From positions 1 to 35,279 of the forward strand of contig MRSU01000287.1 of NCBI GenBank assembly GCA_008369845.1: a stretch of DNA of 35,279 nt, read 5' to 3'. Below, one piece after another: positions 10,104 through 20,800 of this stretch. A program made the translations under genes and the position numbers. The stretch's first letter is position 1. Each line of letters begins with the position of its first letter. The DNA is from Trichomonas gallinae (taxonomy: Eukaryota). The notes below the pieces were generated by a model. The model was not told the origin of the DNA. It searched no databases and worked only from the letters and a program-made list of their open reading frames with translations.

Positions 10104-10675
10104 TTTACTACGTCAGTAAAAAATAAAATTCTTGTTGTATATTCATGCACTGTGACTTATTTAAGTGGCGAACGCGTTCTTGTCTTATTTGGTCATGGAA
10201 ATAAATGCCAAAAAATTCAAAGTTAGTATTTAGAGCTTTATTTCTATTTTATCAGAAGAAACCTGGTCTCTCTAGCTAACATCCATGAATTAAAGTTTTA
10301 TGTTGTCATTTGAGATTTTTCCATTTCCCTATTAGCGATATCATCAATGTATCATCAATTTTTTGGAATGATAACATCTTATAAACGGAGATTCTGGTCA
10401 ACTAAACCGGTAAAAATCATTTTGAAAATCGTTTGATATGTAAAACTTATAGTTTCATGGGATTTGGAATACAGGAACTTGAATTATAAATTTAGTTGTA
10501 TATTATGTTAATTCCTTTTTATATTAGTTTTTGTTTTTGGTGTTTTTTTGATATATTTTCTGGAAATCGCTTATGGAGCAAATATATAAGGATGTGAGAT
10601 GGTTGGCCCAATGATGCAAGTATGGATATGTTTAGGAAAGGCGAAATAAGAGTAAAAAAAATTAAAATTTTGAAG

Positions 10676-10710
10676 TTTACATGTCAGATTGTCAAATTTC
10701 TATCTCATTA
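10676..10710 (+). promoter_or_regulatory. TTTACATGTCA motif, second TGTCA and Inr-like TCATT upstream of the RasGAP
   Basis: Exact reverse complement of TGACATGTAAA at 10676-10686; TCATT at 10705; ATG at 10732. Confidence 0.55.
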
Positions 10711-10731
10711 ATTTCGTAGATTATAAAAGTA

Positions 10732-13700
10732 ATGAATTCGTTAAGTCAGCAAATCAAGTTACTCACAGACACGCTTGGAAACCAGATAAGTGAGAGTTTG
10801 GTTGTTGATCCAATCATTACTCAAGAAGAACCAAGTTTTATTGAAAATTTTATAGAAAATAATCAAACACTTGCCAATATTTATAAAGTAGTTCGCGACA
10901 AAGATGGTTTTAGCGCAATTACAGCGAATTTTAGTGGTAAAATACAACAGATATTAAGTTCGAATGAAATAATTACTCCTAATTTAGCAAGGTTTGCATC
11001 GATATACTTGCAGGCACTCATAAAATGCATGGATTGTGTCAAAATTTCGTCAACACAGGAACTTTTCGACAATTCAACACTCGAAATCTATATTTCACTC
11101 ATCGAGAAGGCTTTAAACCACGATAATCCAGAAATTCTCCGATCAAGTTACACGAAATTTGCGCAAACAATTGGATCAAAGAGTACAAAAATATTTTCGA
11201 TATTCAATGAACAAATAAAGGCAATGCTTGCAAAAAAGCCACCGAATAACGTTGTTAGACTACAATTAGTTTCTTTTACAAGATTTATCTCGTGCTATGC
11301 AGCATTATCTCTTGCAATTCCATTATTACTCGAATTATTCAACGATTTTAAGCTTTACATGGCGGAATATTGTCATGTTGTATCTACAATTATCATGCAA
11401 GCATACAGAATTAGTCCAGAAGACTTCCAAGAAAGACAGATTAATCTTAAACAGGCTTCTCAAATATATGAACTGATTAAGAAGGATAAATCAGTTCCAG
11501 ATCACGTAAAATGGGAAGCTTTAGTATCGCTAGTGTTTTTACTCCACGATTTTATCAAAGCTGGACAATTTGATCCAATATCTGCACAAATATCAGCTGA
11601 AATCACAAAGAAAATCACCAAATTCGATATTCAGCACTTCAATGCCCTGCAAGCTGCCCTTTACTCTGCCTTAATCGTCGCAGAAATGAATGGAAATCCG
11701 ACATATGTTACAATCTTCAAAAATTTCGCTTCCCCAATCGCAGACAAGTTCCACACAATGCAGGCGTCTTTGTTTGAGAACTACCACAAGCTCAGATACT
11801 TCTTATGTGTGGATTTTCCTGTCGCTCTTTACTTCACAAACTATCTACAATTCGTCGACATTTTTCCGTATTTCACGACCGAATACACAATAATTCCCAG
11901 GCCTTTGACATGCAGAATCATAGATAAGTGCATGAGCTCAAAGATGAACGGTGAGCAGAGAACATTAATGTTTTCCGCAGTCGTCAACATGCTGGAGTCT
12001 CTTTCGTCTACAACAGATATATTGGAGAGTTTTCCTCTGATTTTCCACACTTTCGAAATCAATCCTGACATTTTGTACAAAATTCTAACAGGAAATCACG
12101 GCTTGTGTACTTTTTTGTGGCGACCTTGTCCAACCAATGGAATTAGGTCATTATGCAATGGTTTCATCTCCGCTCTTTCTATTCCAATATTTACATTGAC
12201 AGACTGGATGGTTATAGACTGCACGATTTCATCTATACTAAATTGCTCGGATTTCTTCATGGCGTTAAAGCCTGAAATCATTGCAGATCTTGGACGAGTC
12301 TTTAAGTTCATTATCAACACAATAAGAGAATATTTCGCGAACGAAGAAAAAAGGAAATACATACAAGTCCAGCAAATGATGGTCACTGTCATGCAGCTGG
12401 AAGTTCTCAGTTTAAATTTCATGCCAACACCTTTATCTGCTGTCTGCATTGAAATGCTGGAGACTGTTGTAGAGATTATAGAAGCGAATAAATCAGAAGT
12501 GATAGTAAACATCCCTTCTGAAGTCTATAAAGAGTTCATCGCTGAATTCAAGAAGACAGGAAAGTTCGATATAAACTCTGACAGAAACTTTTTGCCACTT
12601 CTCAAGATACCAACAGAAAACACAGTCATTGCTTACGCATACATAAAACATATTGGAAACATGGCTTCTGCGCTCGACCCGCAAGTTTTCAAAGACGAAG
12701 AGAGAAAATTTTCGAATGCACTGAGTCCTGCAGTTTTGAGAGAAGAATTTTCTATCACAGTTTTGCTGTTTGAAACATTAGTCCTCAAAACTCCACCTCA
12801 GACATTTCTTGGAATATTGAACTGCTGCCTGTCAAGTCCATCTTATATTGGAACAACTGGAGCCTCACTTTTCGCGAGACTTGCTCGTCCGGAATTTATC
12901 ACGCCGATTTTCCAGAGCGTTTTGATGAAGATGCAGGAGATCGGATGGAATTTCACAGATGTAAACACTCAATACTGCGCAAATGCAATGAGGATGACAC
13001 AGCTTCTGATAGCGAAAGAAGAGTGGGTCGTTGACAAAGTTGAACTATTCTTGATTGTTCAGCTCACAATGATTTTCGCTTCATACATGAACATGCTTGT
13101 GTCAGCTCAAAGACTTTACCAGTGCAGCGAGTTTATCATTGTTGCAGTCAACAGGGGAGGAAGCAACTTCAAAGCCAAAAATCGCCTCGAATTAGCCTTC
13201 ATTCTAGCTTCGTGGCTTTCAAGAATCGAATGCGGTCCATCTACAGAAAAGGCAGGAGCGTCAATATGCAACGCGATTGCAAAAGTCGTTGAAGATGTTC
13301 CATTCTCATTGGATAACTACAACGACTTGCTTTTCCTCACAACATGTTTGAACAAAAGACTCGAAAAGCAGCCTTCACTTCACGCAAGCATCGGCAACGC
13401 AATCGCCAGCTTGTTTAAGTCTAATTTCTGGCTTTTCTCGCGCTCAGAGCTTGCGAAGACACTTATAGGCACAGAACTGTCAAGAGCTAATTATTTGTTT
13501 GCAGCGAAAGAAGCCTTAGTTAACTCAACACTTCTGCCTCCAAAGAAGGAAGAAAACTTAATTGATTTTCTGTTCAATAATAATTTCAAAGTTTTGGCTG
13601 AAATTGTTTCGATTGTTCCTCAAAAACTAGCAGAAGGTTTTGGCAATGATCTAGTTATGGCAGCTGTTTCGAGACATGTCGAATTAGAGTTCATTTCGAT

Positions 13701-16224
13701 GATGATAGAATTAGAATTATTAAACACAACAGACAAAACGAAGAACACTATTTTAAGAGGAAACGGAGTTCCTTCGCGATCAATTATGGCCTTTGCAAAA
13801 ATCTTTGGATCGGAGTGGCTTAAAACTATCTACAATCCGATGTCAGAAATAGCCAAAGACGTTGTCAGCAAAGGAAAATCGCTGAATATCAAAACAGGAA
13901 GATTGCCGCCAAACGAAAGCATGGAAGAGAACAGGAAAACGTTCAGAGAGGTTTTCATCAAAGCAATTGATGTTATAACGGCTGCTATTCCAAAACTACC
14001 CACACAAATCATCAAAATGGTCCAAATAGTTTATGATAAAGTCACAGAAAAGTTTGGCTCTCATGGAACAATGATTGTCAACGGAATTATTTTTCTTAGA
14101 TTGATTATTCCTAACTTAACAGCTCCAGCGCCAGATGAATTGAATGTCTCAGAGGAGGCAAGGCAATGTTTGGTTTCTGTATGCATCGCTTTGATGGCTG
14201 CGTCACTGAGAGGTGACTTGAGTGATAAAGGCGAAGACTACATAATGTTTAACGATGTCGCCGCTTTAGCTTTGGACAGATTCACTGCAGCGGTCAATGA
14301 CATTATAAAAACTGATATAAGCGGTGCAGCATTCAAATGGCTAGAAACTGACGAAAATAGTCTTTGCTTGAGTTTAGCTTCTGCTATTTCATCGACTCCA
14401 AGAGACTTAGAGATCTTCATGAGAGACCACAAAGAAGAAAACAGCGATGAGCGCAAAATGTTCGATTTCTGCATGAAGCAAGTTGCGAAAACAAAGAAAT
14501 GCAGGCCGATGAGAGAAGCAGAGAATATCTTTTCGTCGTTGCCGAGAGACATCAAAGAGTATGTTACGTCACTACCATCGGAAGAAGAAACTGAATTGTT
14601 GAAAGAGTGCATTTTTATTGAGACTCCTGATGATTCTCCATACGATGTAGTTTATTTTGTTTCGTCAAGAATTCCACAAAACATATTAGACAAGACACTG
14701 TACAGTTACTTCTTCCACGTTTTGGCCTCCATTCCAGGAAATTATCATCTGATTCTCGATGTTCCGACACTTGACGTCGAAAAATATTTGCCGAAAGGTC
14801 CAATGATCAAGAAGTTTATTCCTATATTGGATATTGCAATGAAGAATGCAGTTTCCATCAAAGTCATCAGGTCCAATTATGAATTCGCTGAGTACTTCCA
14901 TCAGTTTAGATCTCTTTCCCATTACTCGGATATTTTTATTTTTGTTACATCAAAGATTGATCTCAGACCGCTTCAAGGCTTATCAGATAAGATGCCTGTT
15001 GAGTGTCACCACGCATATGATGACAATGGAGCTCCACAAGTCACGATAATCAATCAGAGAGAAGCGACAATCAGAGTTACAAGATTCTGTCTTCATACTT
15101 TGTATAAAGTCGCAAACATTTCTGTGGTCAACTGCTACATGTTGTCGAACATTCACACGATCAGCGAAATCACTGCGCCAAACGAAAACTTGGAGTTCAC
15201 CATTTACTTGGACAACTTCTTGCTTGTTTTCACTACTTATCCGGCCAGTGGTTTATATTATTTGATTAAATCAGCTTTCGAAAGAGTCAGCACTAAAATT
15301 GTCAAATACCCGCAGATCTGCACCGATTCAGGCGACACTGCAGCGACTTGCTGGCTCCTTCTGTTCATCGCACTAGTGAATCTCGGAGAGGAAAACGGCG
15401 ACTCGTATTTAATGGAGACGTCTCTTCAACTGTTGACAGCTATCAACACAGTATATGGCTTGGAAATGGATCTGCCTGAAAATGTAGATGATGTCAAATC
15501 ACACATGATTGATTTGCTGATTGATGCTTGTTTCAAGAGGCCACAAGAGTACGGCCATATTATTATCGAATATGAGAAAGTATTCAATGTCGTCAAAAAC
15601 AAAATGGCAGCAGTTAAACTGCTCAGAGGACTTGCACCGTTTTTGTCGACCGTCGGCGGATACATCGGGAGAAGGTTTTTGATAGAGCTGTCTGTTGATG
15701 ACGAAGAGTGCATGCTTTTCATCAAGAAGCAGATATGGCAGGAGATGCTCTCAATGCATCCTTACGCGAGCGACATATTTGACGTCTTCTTGCCGATGTT
15801 CACAACTCAGAGGAAGCAACTTCTCTTCTACATCGCTTCTGAAAACGAAAAAGAAGTCTCGAAGAAAATCGTTTCTTCTTTGCTTATAAGATTGCAGAGT
15901 GCTCCATATGCAGCTCTATCTCTCATAGAGTCTAGGATGTTCGACGTTGCTGGCTATGGGGCCAGTCTCTTGCGTGCTTGTTTGACAATATGCGGCCACA
16001 CCGCTCAGGATGATGCCATATCGAAACTAGTTTCAATGCTTTCGAAGTTTTTATCAAAAGATGCAGGAAACCTTGAGGAGTTTATGCTCAGACATGACAA
16101 GGAGCTTGTTGCTGGAGAAATCAAAAAACTATTTGGCAACACCATCATTTTTAACCAGTTTTTGGATGAAATCAAAACTGATGAAAATGAAGAAATCAAA
16201 GAATATGCGAAATTTTTTGTATAA
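10732..16224 (+). CDS. RasGAP-domain protein, neurofibromin/Ira-like (helical N-terminus, GAP, probable Sec14/PH-like region)
   Basis: Arginine finger TILRGNG (Arg codon 13756-13758) and the FLR signature IIFLRLIIP (14092-14100). Downstream DVVYFVSSR...YHLILDV resembles the NF1 Sec14 module. 1830-aa uninterrupted ORF. Confidence 0.88.
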   Translation: MNSLSQQIKLLTDTLGNQISESLVVDPIITQEEPSFIENFIENNQTLANIYKVVRDKDGFSAITANFSGKIQQILSSNEIITPNLARFASIYLQALIKCMDCVKISSTQELFDNSTLEIYISLIEKALNHDNPEILRSSYTKFAQTIGSKSTKIFSIFNEQIKAMLAKKPPNNVVRLQLVSFTRFISCYAALSLAIPLLLELFNDFKLYMAEYCHVVSTIIMQAYRISPEDFQERQINLKQASQIYELIKKDKSVPDHVKWEALVSLVFLLHDFIKAGQFDPISAQISAEITKKITKFDIQHFNALQAALYSALIVAEMNGNPTYVTIFKNFASPIADKFHTMQASLFENYHKLRYFLCVDFPVALYFTNYLQFVDIFPYFTTEYTIIPRPLTCRIIDKCMSSKMNGEQRTLMFSAVVNMLESLSSTTDILESFPLIFHTFEINPDILYKILTGNHGLCTFLWRPCPTNGIRSLCNGFISALSIPIFTLTDWMVIDCTISSILNCSDFFMALKPEIIADLGRVFKFIINTIREYFANEEKRKYIQVQQMMVTVMQLEVLSLNFMPTPLSAVCIEMLETVVEIIEANKSEVIVNIPSEVYKEFIAEFKKTGKFDINSDRNFLPLLKIPTENTVIAYAYIKHIGNMASALDPQVFKDEERKFSNALSPAVLREEFSITVLLFETLVLKTPPQTFLGILNCCLSSPSYIGTTGASLFARLARPEFITPIFQSVLMKMQEIGWNFTDVNTQYCANAMRMTQLLIAKEEWVVDKVELFLIVQLTMIFASYMNMLVSAQRLYQCSEFIIVAVNRGGSNFKAKNRLELAFILASWLSRIECGPSTEKAGASICNAIAKVVEDVPFSLDNYNDLLFLTTCLNKRLEKQPSLHASIGNAIASLFKSNFWLFSRSELAKTLIGTELSRANYLFAAKEALVNSTLLPPKKEENLIDFLFNNNFKVLAEIVSIVPQKLAEGFGNDLVMAAVSRHVELEFISMMIELELLNTTDKTKNTILRGNGVPSRSIMAFAKIFGSEWLKTIYNPMSEIAKDVVSKGKSLNIKTGRLPPNESMEENRKTFREVFIKAIDVITAAIPKLPTQIIKMVQIVYDKVTEKFGSHGTMIVNGIIFLRLIIPNLTAPAPDELNVSEEARQCLVSVCIALMAASLRGDLSDKGEDYIMFNDVAALALDRFTAAVNDIIKTDISGAAFKWLETDENSLCLSLASAISSTPRDLEIFMRDHKEENSDERKMFDFCMKQVAKTKKCRPMREAENIFSSLPRDIKEYVTSLPSEEETELLKECIFIETPDDSPYDVVYFVSSRIPQNILDKTLYSYFFHVLASIPGNYHLILDVPTLDVEKYLPKGPMIKKFIPILDIAMKNAVSIKVIRSNYEFAEYFHQFRSLSHYSDIFIFVTSKIDLRPLQGLSDKMPVECHHAYDDNGAPQVTIINQREATIRVTRFCLHTLYKVANISVVNCYMLSNIHTISEITAPNENLEFTIYLDNFLLVFTTYPASGLYYLIKSAFERVSTKIVKYPQICTDSGDTAATCWLLLFIALVNLGEENGDSYLMETSLQLLTAINTVYGLEMDLPENVDDVKSHMIDLLIDACFKRPQEYGHIIIEYEKVFNVVKNKMAAVKLLRGLAPFLSTVGGYIGRRFLIELSVDDEECMLFIKKQIWQEMLSMHPYASDIFDVFLPMFTTQRKQLLFYIASENEKEVSKKIVSSLLIRLQSAPYAALSLIESRMFDVAGYGASLLRACLTICGHTAQDDAISKLVSMLSKFLSKDAGNLEEFMLRHDKELVAGEIKKLFGNTIIFNQFLDEIKTDENEEIKEYAKFFV

Positions 16225-16332
16225 TATTGTTTATTTATATTTGTATTATATTAAACATTCGATGTTTTTTCAATGATGAAATATTTAGCAATCAACATAG
16301 TAATTGTAAAGCAACATGTGATATCATTCCTG

Positions 16333-17314
16333 TTATTCAGTTGCTCCATGTTTGATTAATAAATTCTTGACTTCTTCACAGCGGTTGCTCCATTTGAAAA
16401 TCCACCTGTGGCTCGTTCATTGACTCTTAAATTTGGAAATGAGAGCAAGAATTTGACAACTTCCAAATTATCATTATTGCACGCACTCATCAATGGAGTG
16501 AAGTTATTAATGTTTGCAATATTTGGATCAAAGCTAGGAAATGTTGACAGAAACTTGAGCGCTTCTAAATTTCCGTTCCAACAGTAGAAATGAAAAGCAT
16601 TCTTCTTATTGTAGCCTCTAAATGAAGGATCTGCTCCGAATTTGACCATCATTCTTGTCAAATGAAAATTGTTCTTTACAGCAGAATACACAAGTATATT
16701 ATTACCGCGGAGAATGGCATTCAAGTAATTTTGTTCAATTCCGAATTTCATTGCTTCAGCATCGTATTCTTCAGCAATATCCTCAAAAATATGATAAATT
16801 TTCATGAAATTTTGCTGATCTTCTATCGTAATTGATAATTTTTTCAATTTTCAATATTTTTATTGATTTTTGTTATATTTTGTTGTTCTTCACTCTTTTT
16901 GAGTAATGAATCAATCAACTCTTGTGAATTCTTCTGTGAAATTTCAATATCTTCTTTTAATGATGAAATGTTGTCGTCCATATCACATATATGATTATAT
17001 ATTGCTTTCATAGTTTTAAATTTAAGATTTTTATAAATTAATCTCAGAAATTTTAAGACTTCGTCAATTTTTTTGGTTTTATCATCTGAAAACACAATAG
17101 AAAGATGCCTGATTACTTCAAACTGGTCAATAATAGAAAATCGTTTTTTGCATCCCTTGATTATATACTCAGCCTGTTCGAAATTCATTGTCGCTTTTCG
17201 AATAACCCTGATAAGGTCATCAAAATCTTCGAAGACTTCGAACAAAGTGTCGTTATCGATGAATTTGTCTATATCTTTAGCTGTTTCACCTGCATCAAGA
17301 TGTAAATCACTCAT
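16333..17314 (-). pseudogene. Ankyrin-repeat protein (trichomonad family) pseudogene split by frameshifts
   Basis: N-terminal MSDLHLD...FIDNDTLFEVFE domain typical of trichomonad ankyrin proteins. Frameshift at ~16847 (GAA AAT TGA versus AA TTG AAA AAA TTA). Ankyrin repeats GNNILVYSA, NAFHFYC, FTPLMSAC follow. A second lesion at ~16380 puts the natural tail EEVKNLLIKHGATE* (stop 16333-16335) out of frame. Confidence 0.82.
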
Positions 17315-17810
17315 TAAAAAAACTGTTGGCAAAAATAATTGACGACTCTTTTTTTTTATTTTTGACATAACCTAAAGATGGAGCAAATCCATGAAGTTTC
17401 ACTTTTCCAAATACATCTTCGGTAAAATTCGAGTGTTTTATCACAAAAAAATTAATTTTTAAAAATATTGGCCATGATATTTTACTGAAAATATAATAGA
17501 AAAAATGAATATAAATGAATGCATCTCATTATTATACATAATGGGACAACATCATGCATCATAAATACTCTTTGACAAATATAAGATGCATTTTCGACTA
17601 CTGATAAAAAAGATCAATCTTTGCACAAATCATAAAAGCGACAGATTCGCACTAAAATCTACATGAAACAACAAATTTCAATTAATTCTGGTCATAAAAA
17701 TTTTGTTTTTCAAACAATAATCAATTTTAAATATATTTTTGCTGAATTTCAACATCAATATTGCTCAACATTATATAAATAAAGCACAAAACTTATATAT
17801 ATATTAAAAA

Positions 17811-20800
17811 CTATGTTCTGATACCAATTGCATCTTCTCTAGCTCCGTTGTATTGATTGATGCACATCAGGATCCTGTCTACTAATCTAATGAGTGTGTC
17901 TGGCGAATCAGGAAGTTTGTTGTCGTTTATCATTGCCTTCAAATTCTCCAGTTCCGCGATTGTTGAGTCTTCATTCTTCTGCATCTGGTCTTCAGTGAAC
18001 CTCCACTCTCTCTTGTGCTTCTCTAGGGCGGACAACTGCCTCCTTAGGTCGCTGACTTCCTCCCTAGCAGTCTTCTTACCAATCTTGGCCATCGCGAGCT
18101 CCTTCCTCAATCGAATATTGTCGTCGATTGCATCCTGCAAGTTTTGCGAGATGATTAAAGGTACTGATGCTATTGGCTTCGCTTTGGCTGCAGTTGCATC
18201 GTTCTTTGCTTCCAGTGCTGCTTTGTATTGCTCAATCTGCCTGTCCAATTCATCGCCGACGCTTTTCGCTGAAGCAAGTTTGCCCTGGGCCTCGAGAAAA
18301 ACTGTCTTGGTCGCAATCATCTCGTTTATCGACTTGTTCATCGATGTCATGTATTTCATGTACTCGCCGTCGAGGCCTGGCGCAGCCTCTACCTCGTTCT
18401 TCAGTGCAGAGAGGAGCTCAACTTTAGCAGAAAGAAGCGACTTGAGTGAGTTTATCTGTTTTGAGTTGTCCTTTGCTTTCGATATCGTGTCTGGGACAAC
18501 CTGAGCCAGTCTCGTTGTTAACCTCGCAACAGCAGTGTTGTACTCGCTCACCAGAGCCTCTCCCTGCTGCCTGAGGTCGTTAGACATCTGATAAGAGAAG
18601 AACTCGTCGAACATTGAGTGTATTTCAGCCCCGTGTGTTATGAGAGACGGCAGGTATGAATCCAAGCCTCCAGTGCTGATCTCGCTGAGTGGAATCGCGA
18701 ACTGTGGGCAATCGAAGCTGAAAACTTTTCCAGCTCTAGTAGTCAAAAGGTCACCGAGCAAAGTGAATTGGCTGAATGTCACCATGTTGAAGAGCAGCTT
18801 AAGAGATGATTGGAGTTCTTCGTATGCTGCGGAAACGTCTTCTGTTGGATGCATTCGCTGCATCATTGCGAATGATAAATCGCTGACTGCTGTCGCATTC
18901 GTGATGATTGCATTTATATCTGTTGTTGCTGCGATTTGGTTCGACGCTTTGATGATCCTATCAATGATTTCGCTGCAGTTAACTGGTGGCGTGCAGTTTG
19001 TCGTCGAGATTGTCGAAAACAGAACTGTTATAGCTGGAATGAGCCTCTGTCTTGTTACTTCTAACACGTTTGTTTCTATTGAATACTTTGCCAAGGCATA
19101 TCCATCCTTTAGCGACTCGATAAAAGACGGGTCTATTGATTGGAACATCAGCAGCTCCTGGTTCATTACAATATGAATCAAATTGTTGAACTCGTGGACT
19201 CTGTCTGTCTGCAGCTCAGGAACAGACATCAAAAACTTCGACAAAGCGAAATAAAAGTTCACGGCTGTTGTAAAGTTTATCACAGGTCTGCCGTCCTTTG
19301 TGACAGTGAGTTTGTGGACTGACTCAATCATTTTGCTCACTGTGTCAGCTATTGTTATATAGTACGAAACTATCATCCACTTTGTCCGCAGCATATCTGC
19401 GAGAGTGAATGAGTGGTCTTCCGCGATTTTGAAGAGTCTTTCTGCATAACTATTGATGTCAATAAACTTCGCCAAAACAACTACTTGGTAAACAGCTGAT
19501 TCTAAATCATTGAAAGCCTGTGTAAAAGATGCATCTGTTCTGAGGCTGCTGTGCAGATAGTTCAGAATGATTCTCTTCATGTAGCAGAGAGTTTGAACAG
19601 CTTTGAGCAGATGGTCTGAGTAGTCTATCAGAGGGATAATGTTGACAATTCCCAAAGATTGTTTGCGGAAATTATCAATATCATCAAGGAACAAATATTT
19701 ATAGAAATTGACAAAATATGTCAGCAATCTTTCGTAGTGAGCTTCCGCAATTAATTTCTTTTTCATGAACTGCACAACTTTGCCGACAAGATTTATCATG
19801 GTGTCTCTTATTTCCAGTGGTTTCTCTGGAGGTTTGACAATATGTGTTTTTGACGTTTCTGTCATTGAGACAATGCTGTAAAGATTGTAATAGATTAGTT
19901 TGAATTTGATCCTTAGGTTGACATCTTCGAGTGTGTTTGCTATGTCACCTATTTTCTTCATCAAGATTTCGCTGTGCCAGAGCATCTGCATTGAATTAGA
20001 TGGGCGAAGCTGCTGCTCAGTCGTCGAAATAATTTGGCCGATTTCGTTCAGTTTCTCGTTGATTTTCATGGCGATTTCGTCGATCATCAAAGCTGATGCG
20101 ATGCAGGCAGGGTCAGGGAGAATGGATATAATTGGAAAGACTGCTTCTGCGAACGGCCTCTTTAGAGCAACTTCAGTGTTTGAGTGGCAGATCTCTAAAA
20201 ACAAGCTGAACCAGTCCATGAAGAAGCCTTTCGTTTCTCGCTTAGGGAAAAGAGTCTCCCAGGTCTTAAGTATGGATTTGAGTGATAGAAAGTAGTCTTT
20301 GAGCTGGATAAGAAAAGAAGTTTGCGGTTCAATTACATTCGACTGCATGGCAAGAGCTGACTTGATAACTTGGCCCATTTCCCTTATGTGGTTGCCAAAC
20401 AATTGGCACTGCAACGTTATATTATGCCTTTGGCACATTGCTGCGAATTCTCCGTTAATATATTCTTTGTTTTCAATACTGATGTGTGCCTGTGCGTTAA
20501 GGAAATAGACGTAGCGATAAAATGAGGCAATGCACTGATCTTGAGTCTTAATAAGGGTTTCTGTGTAATTATTATATTCTTTCAAAACTCTGCGCGTTGA
20601 TGTAATGTTATCTTGAATTGTTAGCTGACTATTGATGATTTTATTTAATCCTTCGAGGATTTTATCTTCAGTTGCTGCATTTCTTGTGACTTGATATTCT
20701 TCTGTTGCTTTTATCAACTCTTTGAGTATTTCTTGGTCTGTTATACCTTTTCTGTTGACTTCTGTATATTGTTTTGCGATTGATTTAATTTTTGCGAACT

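Noticed and set aside
9889..10119. Short AT-rich ORFs in intergenic DNA (also 29705-29890, 31020-31241, 32465-32650)
   Set aside because: F/I/K/Y-rich translations typical of non-coding AT-rich DNA, mostly non-ATG starts, no motifs.
17857..19176. Long antisense ORFs (also within 5038-9876 and 32595-35279)
   Set aside because: Shadow frames opposite long real genes, caused by codon bias.
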